Below the pieces are notes generated by a model. It did not search any database. It saw nothing but the letters and a program-made list of their open reading frames with translations, and was not told the DNA's origin. A DNA stretch of 64,000 bases from an uncultured Bacilli bacterium (lineage in GTDB: Bacteria; Bacillota_I; Bacilli_A; RF39; UBA660), in contig CALVOW010000001.1 in assembly GCA_944350445.1 (NCBI GenBank), forward strand, positions 31,863-95,862, in the 5' to 3' direction. Below are positions 40,476 to 50,547 of the stretch, piece by piece (the first letter of the stretch is position 1; every line of letters starts with the position of its first letter). Made by a program: the position numbers and the translations under genes.

Positions 40476-41987
40476 CTATTTATTTATTAAACTTTCTCCT
40501 GTCATTTCTTTTGGTTTTTCTATTTCTAAAATACTTAAGATAGTTGGACTAATGTCAGCTAAGCGACCACTTTTTAAAGTAACTTCACCCATATTAATAA
40601 GAGCTAATGGAACTAAGTTATTAGTATGAGCTGTATTTTTAGTTTTATCTTCATTTAGCATTTTTTCACAATTTCCATGATCAGCTGTTACAATCATTGC
40701 ATAGTCATTATCCAATACTTTGGTAAGAATTCTTTCCATACAAGAGTCAATTACTTCTAAAGCTTTAATAGCTGCTTCTAGATTACCAGTATGACCAACC
40801 ATATCAGGATTAGCAAAATTTAAAACAATTAAATCATAGTAATTTCTATCTAATTCTTCTAAAACTTTTTCAGTAACTAAATAAGCCGACATTTCCGGTT
40901 TTAAATCATAAGTTTTAACATCTTTTGGTGATGGTATTAAAATCCTATCTTCACCTGGAAATTTTGTTTCGATTCCCCCGTTTAAGAAAAAAGTAACATG
41001 AGCATATTTTTCTGTTTCCGCAATTCTTAATTGGGTTAAATTATGTTTAGAAACTACTTCCCCAATCGTATTTTTTATAACTTCATTTGGATAAATAACA
41101 TGTAAATTAGAAATCGTACTATCATATTCGGTCATAGCAACAAAATAAGGATTTAAATATTCACGTTCAAAGCCTTGAAAATCTTTATCAACAAAGGCTC
41201 TAGTAATTTCCCTAGCTCGATCAGGACGGAAATTATAAAAAATTATAACATCTTCTTCTTCGACTAATCCCTTGGAATTAACAAGGATTGGTTCAATAAA
41301 TTCATCCGTCTGGTTATTATAATACAAATCTTCAATATATGCAAGTAAATTTTTGGTTTTCGAACCTTCTCCCTTGGTCATTAAAGAATAACCTTTTTGA
41401 ACTCTTTCATATCTATTATCACGATCCATCGTGTAAAAACGACCAATGACCGTAGCAATATTTGGAAATTTTAAACTTTTTAATTTTTCGTCTAACTCTT
41501 TTAAATAAGTAAGACCACTAGTTGGTAAAGTATCACGACCATCTAAAATAACATGGACAAAAACATCAGAAAAATTTTCTTGATAACAATAATCTAAAAT
41601 GGCAAATAAATGCTTTATATGACTATGAACTCCCCCATCAGATAAAAGCCCTAAAAGATGAACTTTTTTATGGTTCTTTTTAGCATAGCAAATAGCTTCT
41701 TTTAAAACTTTATTAGCAAAAAATTCCTTCGTTTCAATATCATGATTAATTTTTGTTAAATCCTGATAAATTATTCTTCCAGCCCCGATATTCATATGTC
41801 CAACTTCCGAGTTTCCCATTTGCTTATCAGGAAGCCCAACATCAACTCCACTAGCTTTAATAGTTGTATTTGGATAATCTTGAAATATTTTATCTAGGGT
41901 TTTCGTATTAGCTAATTTAACTGCATTTCCTTCTGAATTTTTACTTAGACCATATCCATCTAAAATAGTTAATATTGTTTTTTTCAT
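40476..41987 (-). CDS. gpmI: 2,3-bisphosphoglycerate-independent phosphoglycerate mutase
   Basis: Full-length iPGM (…SEVGHMNIGAGR…TADHGN…). Confidence 0.9.
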   Translation of the reverse strand: MKKTILTILDGYGLSKNSEGNAVKLANTKTLDKIFQDYPNTTIKASGVDVGLPDKQMGNSEVGHMNIGAGRIIYQDLTKINHDIETKEFFANKVLKEAICYAKKNHKKVHLLGLLSDGGVHSHIKHLFAILDYCYQENFSDVFVHVILDGRDTLPTSGLTYLKELDEKLKSLKFPNIATVIGRFYTMDRDNRYERVQKGYSLMTKGEGSKTKNLLAYIEDLYYNNQTDEFIEPILVNSKGLVEEEDVIIFYNFRPDRAREITRAFVDKDFQGFEREYLNPYFVAMTEYDSTISNLHVIYPNEVIKNTIGEVVSKHNLTQLRIAETEKYAHVTFFLNGGIETKFPGEDRILIPSPKDVKTYDLKPEMSAYLVTEKVLEELDRNYYDLIVLNFANPDMVGHTGNLEAAIKALEVIDSCMERILTKVLDNDYAMIVTADHGNCEKMLNEDKTKNTAHTNNLVPLALINMGEVTLKSGRLADISPTILSILEIEKPKEMTGESLINK

Positions 41988-43168
41988 TTTTTTATTCCTT
42001 TAATTCCTTTAACACCTTTTAAACCATTAAATCCTTCTAAAATATTATTTTTAAAAGTAATCGTTTTCTTATTTTTATTTTTATAATTTACAATACCAAG
42101 ATTAATAATATCTTCTAAAAGTTCTGGATATTCTTTATTAGTTTTTTCCCATAAATAGAAAGATAAAGACCCTGGAATACTATTAATTTCGTTAACATAA
42201 ACTTTTTCCGTTTCCATATCAATTAAAAAATCAATTCTCACAACACCACTAGAATTTAAAGCTCGAAAAGCTCGAAGAGCCATTTCTTCAACATCATGAG
42301 CTAATTTTTCACTAATATTCGCAGGAATTTTTCGTCTAGCACTAGCCATTCCTTTACTTGGACCTTTCTTTCCACCGGTATATTTATCCTCATAAGTTAA
42401 GATTTCATTTTGACTGCCAACTTCTTCAATAGTACTTAATTCTTGATGTTCATAATTACCAAGCACACTGATATTTACTTCTTTTAAATTAGTAATTACT
42501 TCTTCAACTAAAATTTTACTATCATAATTAATAGCATCAAGTATAGCTTCGCGAAGTTCTAACTGATTATGGCAAACTTGAATACCAACACTAGATCCAA
42601 GCGTAGCTGGCTTTACAATCATCGGATAATTAAGTTTTTCACACTCTTTCATAATTTTATCAGGATCATTTAAATAATCCGTATCAAAAAACCATTTATA
42701 TTTAACTACATTAACAGAGTTTTCTCTAAAAATTTGTTTCATGAAAACTTTATCTTGACCAACCGCACTAGCATAAACGCCACTTTCAGCATAAGGAATA
42801 CCAATGGTTTCAAAATAGCCTTGAAGAGTTCCATCTTCCCCATTTGTTCCATGCATAATAGGTAGAGCCATATCAATTTCATTGACAACTCTTTTTAAAA
42901 TACCATTTTTATTTTGTAAAAGAAATCTTCCATCTTTATTGTATAAAACAACTTCCCGAGCATATCTTTTAAGTAAATCTAAATCACTATAAATATCAAT
43001 ATCTAAAAGCATTTTCCCTGTATACCAAACCCCACTTTTAGCAATATAAATGGGAATTATCTCATATTTTACTTTATCAATCTTAGCAATTGCTTGAAGA
43101 GCAGTAATAATACTTACTTCATGTTCAACACTACGACCTCCAAAAAAAACTCCTAATCTAATTTTCAT
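41984..43168 (-). CDS. ddl: D-alanine--D-alanine ligase
   Basis: ATP-grasp Ddl with a Gly/Lys-rich C-terminal tail. Confidence 0.8.
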   Translation of the reverse strand: MKIRLGVFFGGRSVEHEVSIITALQAIAKIDKVKYEIIPIYIAKSGVWYTGKMLLDIDIYSDLDLLKRYAREVVLYNKDGRFLLQNKNGILKRVVNEIDMALPIMHGTNGEDGTLQGYFETIGIPYAESGVYASAVGQDKVFMKQIFRENSVNVVKYKWFFDTDYLNDPDKIMKECEKLNYPMIVKPATLGSSVGIQVCHNQLELREAILDAINYDSKILVEEVITNLKEVNISVLGNYEHQELSTIEEVGSQNEILTYEDKYTGGKKGPSKGMASARRKIPANISEKLAHDVEEMALRAFRALNSSGVVRIDFLIDMETEKVYVNEINSIPGSLSFYLWEKTNKEYPELLEDIINLGIVNYKNKNKKTITFKNNILEGFNGLKGVKGIKGIKK

Positions 43169-44775
43169 TATTTTCCTCCCTCACTATAAATATCTGGTAA
43201 ATCATTTTCAAACAAAGCATAAACTTCTTTATCCGAATTTTTACTTTTAATTTTTTCAAGTTCTTGATAAGCATCACTTACGCGATTTAAAACAATTATT
43301 TTTTTATCACTAAATCCCCCATCAATAACTCCTCTTTTTATATCAAGACAACGCTTTTCACCAATTAAAATAACATAGTCAGCTACTTTACTAATTGAAG
43401 TACCAAATTCATAATTTAAAGTTTTCTCAGATTCTCCAAGTTCAATCATACCAGGAGTTACAACTACTTTAATACCTGGCATCATTCCTAAAACATCTAA
43501 GGCATTACGAGCTCCCGTTGGATTAGAATTATAGGCATCATCAATCATCATAATATTACCAACTTTTTTCATTTCAAGCCGATGTTCAACTGGTAAAATC
43601 GTTCGAACTTTACTTATCATATCTTTAATTGGAACTTTTAACTCTACTCCAAGGGCAATACTTGCTAAAATATTATAAACATTATGAACACCTAATAATT
43701 TAGTTTCAACATGATATTTTTCGCCTTGATATAAAATATCAAAACTAGTACCAAATTGATTACTATTAATATTAATAGCATTAAAATCACTTTCTTGGTT
43801 TTCAACACCAATCCAAATAATTTTCACTTTATTTTTTAATTCATTTTTAACATAATTTACTTGATAAGGATCATCTAAATTTAAAACACAAGCCCCATCA
43901 CTGTCTAATGATTCAATAAGTTCAAATTTAGCCCGACAAATATTTTCTCGCGTTTTAAAAGTTTCTAAATGAGCTTCCCCAATGACCGTTAAAATACCGT
44001 ATTTAGGTCGCACAAACTCACACATATTTTTAATTTCCCCATTAACATAGGCACCCATTTCAGCAATTAATATTTCATCAAACTTATCTAAATAGTTATT
44101 AATAGTTATCATAAGTCCATAAGGAGTATTCAAATTCTTTGGGGTTGGTCTTGTGATATATTTACAAGATAGAACATGACTTAAAATATTTTTACTTGTT
44201 GTTTTCCCATAGCTTCCTGTTACTCCGATTACTTTTAAACGTGTCATATCTTTTAATTTATTTTTAGCCTTATTGAAATAATAATAATAAACAATTTTTT
44301 CAACTGGCTTATTAATAAGGGAAACAAGATATATAAAATAATAAGTAAAAGCAATTGTTAAAGATAAAAGAACTAAAAATATTCCTGAAAAATTTGTTAA
44401 AACAAGGAAAAACAATAAAAGACCAATAATTAAAAACTCTGTTATGTAAAGTCTTTTAATTCGACTAGTTATATTAAATTTAATTTTATTTTGATTACTT
44501 AAATTCTTTTTATATTCATCATATATTCCCTTTACATAAATAAAAGTAATTGATAAATAAACTATTTCCATAATAAAAGATTCTTGACGCAAAAAAACAA
44601 AAATAGCAAGTAAAAATGGCAAGAAATCAATTACATTGAAACATCTATCACGACTTCTTTCAATCCATCTTAAATAACGCTTATTTTCGTTATAAAGATT
44701 TTGTTGTAACATATATAAAGAGGTTCTACTCTTATAAAAAATATAAACTAAATAAATAAAAATATAAAGATACAT
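43168..44775 (-). CDS. murF: UDP-MurNAc-tripeptide--D-alanyl-D-alanine ligase with an extra N-terminal multi-TM extension
   Basis: GVTGSYGKTTSKN P-loop at about residue 185. The first ~160 aa contain 4 hydrophobic helices. Confidence 0.75.
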   Translation of the reverse strand: MYLYIFIYLVYIFYKSRTSLYMLQQNLYNENKRYLRWIERSRDRCFNVIDFLPFLLAIFVFLRQESFIMEIVYLSITFIYVKGIYDEYKKNLSNQNKIKFNITSRIKRLYITEFLIIGLLLFFLVLTNFSGIFLVLLSLTIAFTYYFIYLVSLINKPVEKIVYYYYFNKAKNKLKDMTRLKVIGVTGSYGKTTSKNILSHVLSCKYITRPTPKNLNTPYGLMITINNYLDKFDEILIAEMGAYVNGEIKNMCEFVRPKYGILTVIGEAHLETFKTRENICRAKFELIESLDSDGACVLNLDDPYQVNYVKNELKNKVKIIWIGVENQESDFNAININSNQFGTSFDILYQGEKYHVETKLLGVHNVYNILASIALGVELKVPIKDMISKVRTILPVEHRLEMKKVGNIMMIDDAYNSNPTGARNALDVLGMMPGIKVVVTPGMIELGESEKTLNYEFGTSISKVADYVILIGEKRCLDIKRGVIDGGFSDKKIIVLNRVSDAYQELEKIKSKNSDKEVYALFENDLPDIYSEGGK

Positions 44776-44784
44776 AACAACCTC

Positions 44785-45498
44785 CTAGATAAAATTTTCT
44801 AAAATACTAGCAACATGATTTAAATTTTCTAAATAACAATAATGACTTCCGTTTAAAACAATTAAAGCACTATCAGAAATTAATTTTTCTAACTCCTTTG
44901 CTTCACTAACAGGTACTGCCTCATCTTTATCTCCCCAAATCAAAAGAGTTGGAACAGTTATTTTTTTAGCTTCTTCACTTAAATCAATATTAACAGTATT
45001 AACAAGAATCTCACGCATTACCCCAGATGCTGCACGGTAATCTGCACTTCCCATATGTCCTTTCATATATTCGGCTAAATTATTCAAACACTTAATTTTT
45101 TTTAATTGTTTTAAGATTTTAACTTTTAAACCATTTTTTTCTCTTTTTATAAAAGGTGATCCAAATAAAACTAATTTCGAAACAGTATAACGTGCCGCAT
45201 AGCAAATTGCAACTCTTCCCCCAAAAGAATGACCAATTAAAACGGGATTTTCAATATTAAGGCTTTCTAAAAATTCATGTAAAAATTCGGTATAATCATA
45301 TATAGTATAAGCAAATTTGGGAATTTCGCTACCTCCAAACCCTGGAAAATCAAGAATTGTAATTTTTTTATTAAAAATATTTTTTCCAAGAGGATCCATC
45401 ATTTGAATATTTTGGCCCCACCCATGAAGTAAAACAACATCTTCACCTTTTCCATATTGAATATAATTAACTTCTAAATCTCTAATTTTTTTTATCAT
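44785..45498 (-). CDS. Alpha/beta-fold hydrolase
   Basis: GHSFGG nucleophile elbow and HGWG. Confidence 0.6.
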   Translation of the reverse strand: MIKKIRDLEVNYIQYGKGEDVVLLHGWGQNIQMMDPLGKNIFNKKITILDFPGFGGSEIPKFAYTIYDYTEFLHEFLESLNIENPVLIGHSFGGRVAICYAARYTVSKLVLFGSPFIKREKNGLKVKILKQLKKIKCLNNLAEYMKGHMGSADYRAASGVMREILVNTVNIDLSEEAKKITVPTLLIWGDKDEAVPVSEAKELEKLISDSALIVLNGSHYCYLENLNHVASILENFI

Positions 45499-45614
45499 AT
45501 ATAATTCCTCGTATACATTATATCACGATTTTATTTTGACCAAAAAAAAAGCAACTTTCAGTTGACATTTTTAGACAACTTTATTACTTTCTTTTCTTAA
45601 TTTTCGAAAATTAT

Positions 45615-46934
45615 TTATTCACTCATATTATTTAAAATATTACAACTATCAGACGTTATTTCATATTCAAGAGAAAGTATATAACTATAAGTAGGATTTC
45701 CAGATAAATGTCCACCTTCGATACAACTTAATGTTTGATAATAAGGACTTTTTAAAATACGATAATCGCTATTTGGCGAAATATAAACCGTTTCTTCTAA
45801 GGGACTTAAATCTATTTCGACCGTATTTTTGTTTTCTTCTAAATCTCTTAAATACTCTCGGTAGTCATAGTCAACCCCATCTTTTGTTACTGTAATACTT
45901 TCAATATTATACCAATAAGCCTTACCTGTTGTATATTCATTAACTAAAACTTTACCAATATCTTCGTTAACTTTTACCTTAATATCCGTTATAATTTTTT
46001 CTTTTTCAAGTCCTAATTTCTGTTCATATTCTTCATTAAAAAAACTGCTTTTAAGAAAATTTTCTAAATCTTTAATTTCATTGCCAATTTTAACTTCTCC
46101 TACTCCATAATTACAACTACTATAATAATGATAATTATTATAATCAGTTATAAAAGTTCTTTCATCACTTAAACATACTAACTTTGAAATATCTACTTTT
46201 CTTGAATTTATATCTAAAACAAAACGATAAATATAAAAACTACTTACTAATAACAATACTATAAATAATAAAGTATAAAAAAGATTGCCAATTATTTTTT
46301 TCTTAATAGAAAATTTTAAAAAGATAAATTCAATTATTTTTTTAAGTTTTGTTCTTTTAATAAGTAAATATAATAAGAAAGCCCCACCTATATTTAAAAT
46401 AATATCATCTATATCAAAACTACCGACATTAATAAGAAATTGAACAATTTCAATAAATAAAGTTAAACTAACTATACTAATTAAAAATATTTTCGTCTTT
46501 TTAAATTTATCATTTATTAAAGGAAGTAAAATACTAAGGGGGGTTAACATTAAAAAGTTACCAGTTATATTGTAAAGACCAAATTTTACTCCTAAGGGAC
46601 TATTTAACATTTCAATCATTGATTTAAAAGGAATAAAATTCCAATTATAATGATAAATGTCATTAGTAATTGCTGAACTAACAGTTCTAGCGTTTGAAAA
46701 AACAAACCCAACTAAAACAATCAAATAAATTATTAAATAAATAATTAAATTTTGTTTTTTAGTCTTTTTATCAGTTGTTAAAAATGACGATATTAAAATC
46801 ATAAAACAAGGTATAGCTAAAAAATATACATGCTTAATTTCTCTTAAAATATTACTATGAATATTAAAAACAAATAATAGCAAAATATACATAATTGAAC
46901 CAATTAAAACTGAAATATAATTTAGTATTTTCAT
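45615..46934 (-). CDS. VanZ-like N-terminal membrane domain fused to a Cys-containing extracytoplasmic C-terminal domain (paralog A)
   Basis: VanZ core (NFIPF…IEIVQF…FDIDDIILNIGGAF). C-terminal …CIEGGHLSGNPTYSYIL.L.YEITSDSCNILN. Confidence 0.45.
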   Translation of the reverse strand: MKILNYISVLIGSIMYILLLFVFNIHSNILREIKHVYFLAIPCFMILISSFLTTDKKTKKQNLIIYLIIYLIVLVGFVFSNARTVSSAITNDIYHYNWNFIPFKSMIEMLNSPLGVKFGLYNITGNFLMLTPLSILLPLINDKFKKTKIFLISIVSLTLFIEIVQFLINVGSFDIDDIILNIGGAFLLYLLIKRTKLKKIIEFIFLKFSIKKKIIGNLFYTLLFIVLLLVSSFYIYRFVLDINSRKVDISKLVCLSDERTFITDYNNYHYYSSCNYGVGEVKIGNEIKDLENFLKSSFFNEEYEQKLGLEKEKIITDIKVKVNEDIGKVLVNEYTTGKAYWYNIESITVTKDGVDYDYREYLRDLEENKNTVEIDLSPLEETVYISPNSDYRILKSPYYQTLSCIEGGHLSGNPTYSYILSLEYEITSDSCNILNNMSE

Positions 46935-46980
46935 TACAAATATCCCTCCTTTTAATAAAATATTTCAATTAATAATTTAA

Positions 46981-48333
46981 TTATTGTTCATCTAAACTAT
47001 TTAAAATATTACAACTATCAGAAGTTATTTCATAATCAAGTGGAAGTATATAACTATAAGTAGGATTCCCAGATAAATGTCCACCTTCGATACAATTTAA
47101 TTCTTGATAATAAGGACTTCTTGAAATAGTATAACTTCTATCAGGAGACATATAAATTGTTTCTTCAAAAGGTGCTAAATTTATTTCTACCGTATTTTTA
47201 TCTTCTTTTAAAGCTTCTAGATATTCACGAAAATCGTACTCAACTCCATCTTGGATTATTGTTATACTTTCAATATTATACCAATAAGTATTAACATCTT
47301 GAAATTTATTAACTAAAACTTTACCAATATCTTTATTAACTTTTACCTTAATATCCGTTATAATTTTTTCTTTATCTAAATCTAATTTTTCTTCATATTC
47401 TAAATCTAAATGACCATAATAAATAAAATCAATTAAAGTATATGGAAAATCATTAACAAGAATGGTATTATTTCCATAATTACAATTACTATAATAATGA
47501 TAGTTATCATAATCTAATAAGTAAACTCTTTCGTCACTAACACAAACCATATTTGATATATCAATATTATCTTTTCTAATACTTAAATCATAAAAAATAT
47601 TAAAAAAATTATAAATAGATAATAAAAACAAAACAATAAATAATAGAAAATAGAAAATATTTAAAAGAATCTTTAATACTTTTCTTTTATTATTAATTTT
47701 TAAAGTTAAAAAGAACTTTTCAAGATAAATTTTTAATCTTGTTTTTTTAATAAGTAAATATAATAAGAAAGCTCCACCTATATTTAAAATAACATCATCA
47801 ATATCAAAACTACCGACATTAACAAGAAATTGAACAATTTCAATGAATAAGGTTAAACCAACAATACTAATTAAAAATATTTTCGTCTTTTTAAATTTAT
47901 CATTTATTAAAGGAAGTAATATACTAAGGGGTGTTAACATTAAAAAGTTACCAATTATATTGTAAAGTCCAAATGTTACTCCTAAGGGACTATTTAACAT
48001 CTCAATCATTGATTTAAAAGGGATAAAATTCCAGTAATAATGCATTATACCACTAGTAAGTGCTGAATTAACCCTAGCATTTGAAAAGACAAAACCAACT
48101 AAAACCGTAAGATAAATTATTAAATATAAATATAAAATTCTTTTTCTATCTTTTCCTTCTTTAAAAAAAGATGTAATTAAAAGCATAAAACAAGGTATGG
48201 CTAAAATATAAACATATTTTATTTCTTTTAAATAATTTATATCAATTTGATAAACAAAAAGCATTAATAAATATACAACAATACTAATAATAACAGCAAA
48301 ATAATTAAGTATTTTCTTCATAAACTCCTCCAT
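46981..48333 (-). CDS. VanZ-like fusion protein, paralog B. It is tandem to paralog A, and one ~250-bp tract is about 95% identical at the DNA level.
   Basis: Same architecture. DNA 47701..47940 is near-identical to 46321..46560. Confidence 0.45.
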   Translation of the reverse strand: MEEFMKKILNYFAVIISIVVYLLMLFVYQIDINYLKEIKYVYILAIPCFMLLITSFFKEGKDRKRILYLYLIIYLTVLVGFVFSNARVNSALTSGIMHYYWNFIPFKSMIEMLNSPLGVTFGLYNIIGNFLMLTPLSILLPLINDKFKKTKIFLISIVGLTLFIEIVQFLVNVGSFDIDDVILNIGGAFLLYLLIKKTRLKIYLEKFFLTLKINNKRKVLKILLNIFYFLLFIVLFLLSIYNFFNIFYDLSIRKDNIDISNMVCVSDERVYLLDYDNYHYYSNCNYGNNTILVNDFPYTLIDFIYYGHLDLEYEEKLDLDKEKIITDIKVKVNKDIGKVLVNKFQDVNTYWYNIESITIIQDGVEYDFREYLEALKEDKNTVEINLAPFEETIYMSPDRSYTISRSPYYQELNCIEGGHLSGNPTYSYILPLDYEITSDSCNILNSLDEQ

Positions 48334-48366
48334 ACCAACAATATATAATAAAACTACAAAAAAAGT

Positions 48367-48420
48367 AAAGAGCCGATTCGGCCCATCGCGGGCTTATTCG
48401 GCTCATTTGTTAATTTTTTT
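48367..48420 (-). terminator. GC-rich nested hairpin GAGCCGAttcgGCCCatcgcGGGCttatTCGGCTC flanked by T-runs on both strands. It is the terminator of the XRE-like gene.
   Basis: Strong inverted repeat in otherwise AT-rich DNA, with U-runs on both sides. Confidence 0.6.
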
Positions 48421-48455
48421 CTTATATAGCAAGGATTTTTAAATAATAAATTTTT

Positions 48456-49556
48456 TTAATAACTAATGAATTTATTATAATAAGTTTCTAAAAAATATTC
48501 TTTTTTAGGGTTAGAACAATCTCCTTTTAAACATTTTTTACCTAAAATATCATAATTAAAAACATATTCCAAATAGCCATTTTCTTTATAAATTTCATAT
48601 TCAAAAGTAAGAAAATTTCCCCAAAAAGTCATAATATGAATTTCTTTACCAATATGTTCTCTGATTATCAAAGTTTTTGTTCCTTTTAAATACCGAATAT
48701 CAACTTTATTTCCATTTATAGTTATATTAAGAAAATAACTATCTTCTTCTTCATTATAAGTAAAATTATTATCTACATAAGTCTCTATTTGTTTTACCTC
48801 ATATGGCTCTTCAAAAGTTTGATCCGGACTTTGATTATCTCCTTTTAACTTTTGATAAAAAAATTTATTATTTCGCATATCTTCTTGAAAGAATAATTTT
48901 AAAATCTCTATTTTATCATCATAATAAATTCTTATATAACTATTTTGAATTAGCCATTCTCTTATATCATAGGAAAAATATTGATCATTTCCATAACACG
49001 ATATTAAAGTATAGTTATCATCATTTGATTCAAAAATTAAATTTTCTAAACCATTTTCATCATAATAAAATATTTCAAATTTTAAATATTCTAAGTCTTT
49101 AAATGATTTTATAGTTCCAAGTCGCATATAACTTTTATCCTTAGAAAAAATAACTAAACCATCATGAACATAAAAGTTTTCATTTTCAGCTGTTACTCTA
49201 TAAACATAAATTGAATTATAATTATTTAAAAAATAAAGAAAGAAAAAGAAGGTAACTAAAACCATTACAAAACTTAAAATTATAGTAATTAATTTTTTCT
49301 TATTCTTTTTATTTTCTGTTTTAATATTGTTATTACTATCTCTTTCACCATTTAATATTTCATTAACACTAACATTATATATTTTACTTAATTCAAGCAA
49401 TACTTCCGGTGGTGGTACATTAATACCTCGTTCCCATTTTGAAATGGCTGATCTTGATACCGATATTTTTTGACTTAATTCTTCTTGGGTTAAATTAAAT
49501 TCATTCCTTAAATCAATTAGAAAATTTCCTATTTTTTTATTATTCATACTAAACAC
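48456..49556 (-). CDS. Membrane-anchored XRE-family HTH regulator with an extracytoplasmic C-terminal domain
   Basis: HTH_3 (LTQEELSQKISVSRSAISKWERG), one TM segment and a ~250-aa outside domain. Confidence 0.55.
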   Translation of the reverse strand: MFSMNNKKIGNFLIDLRNEFNLTQEELSQKISVSRSAISKWERGINVPPPEVLLELSKIYNVSVNEILNGERDSNNNIKTENKKNKKKLITIILSFVMVLVTFFFFLYFLNNYNSIYVYRVTAENENFYVHDGLVIFSKDKSYMRLGTIKSFKDLEYLKFEIFYYDENGLENLIFESNDDNYTLISCYGNDQYFSYDIREWLIQNSYIRIYYDDKIEILKLFFQEDMRNNKFFYQKLKGDNQSPDQTFEEPYEVKQIETYVDNNFTYNEEEDSYFLNITINGNKVDIRYLKGTKTLIIREHIGKEIHIMTFWGNFLTFEYEIYKENGYLEYVFNYDILGKKCLKGDCSNPKKEYFLETYYNKFISY

Positions 49557-49562
49557 TCAAAA

Positions 49563-50093
49563 CTAATCATGATGTTCAATACCATCTATTATATAGTTTT
49601 CACTTTTATGTGGTTCGGATCTTAATAAATCTAAATAATCAAGTTGTCTTAAAACTTCATAGACAACAATCGCACAACAATTAGCAAGATTTAAACTCCG
49701 AACATTTTTGGTCATCGGAATTCGCATACAATGTTCTAAATCTTTGGCTAATATTTCCCGAGGAATTCCCGTTGATTCTTTACCAAAAATTAAATAAATA
49801 TCGCCTTCTTGATAACTTTTTTTATAATCAAAACTTGTATGGGGTTTTTTACCATATCTTGTAAAATAATAATAAGTTCCTTTATTTTTACTTTGAAAAT
49901 CAAGAAAATTTTCATAGACATAATAATTTAATTTATCAATATAATTAACACCACTTCTTTTTATACTTTTCTCATCTAATTTAAAGCCTAAGGGTTTAAT
50001 TAAATGTAAAGTCGTATTGGTTGCTACACAAGTTCGCATAATATTTCCCGTATTAGTAGGAATTTCTGGTTCAAATAAAACAATATGAATCAT
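49563..50093 (-). CDS. trmL: tRNA (cytidine34/U34-2'-O)-methyltransferase TrmL (SpoU family)
   Basis: MIHIVLFEPEIPTNTGNIMRTC… SPOUT knot motifs. Confidence 0.65.
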   Translation of the reverse strand: MIHIVLFEPEIPTNTGNIMRTCVATNTTLHLIKPLGFKLDEKSIKRSGVNYIDKLNYYVYENFLDFQSKNKGTYYYFTRYGKKPHTSFDYKKSYQEGDIYLIFGKESTGIPREILAKDLEHCMRIPMTKNVRSLNLANCCAIVVYEVLRQLDYLDLLRSEPHKSENYIIDGIEHHD

Positions 50094-50500
50094 TTTATTT
50101 CCTCTAAATTACCATGAATAATAATTGGCGAGAAACCACTTATTTCATCATATAATAACCCCTCAGGAATATCATTATATAAATAGATTTTTTTATTATT
50201 CATAAAAGCTTCATACATCTCTAAAAAAGTAGAACCACCGATATAATTTTCAATACCTTTTTTCTTCTTATTTAAAACGAGAATTGCATCCATTTCTTGT
50301 ATTCTTTCTCGACTTAATCGAAACATTCTCGCTTTAAAGGCAGCATGTGATTCCTTTCCTTCTTGCCAAGTTTCCTCTTCCTCTTCGGGATGTAAATACG
50401 TATGAGGCAAGAAAACTTCAAAATTATTCTTCTCTAAATACGTTTTAATTGGTTCAAGATCCTTAAAAAATGCTTTACTACAAACTATAAATATTTTCAT
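50090..50500 (-). CDS. Hypothetical protein, possibly nucleoside 2-deoxyribosyltransferase-like fold
   Basis: MKIFIV…DAILVLN…G..E pattern. Weak evidence. Confidence 0.25.
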   Translation of the reverse strand: MKIFIVCSKAFFKDLEPIKTYLEKNNFEVFLPHTYLHPEEEEETWQEGKESHAAFKARMFRLSRERIQEMDAILVLNKKKKGIENYIGGSTFLEMYEAFMNNKKIYLYNDIPEGLLYDEISGFSPIIIHGNLEEIK

Positions 50501-50547
50501 ACTTCACCTCAAAAAGAATTATATACTAGAAGAATTTAAAAGTAAAG

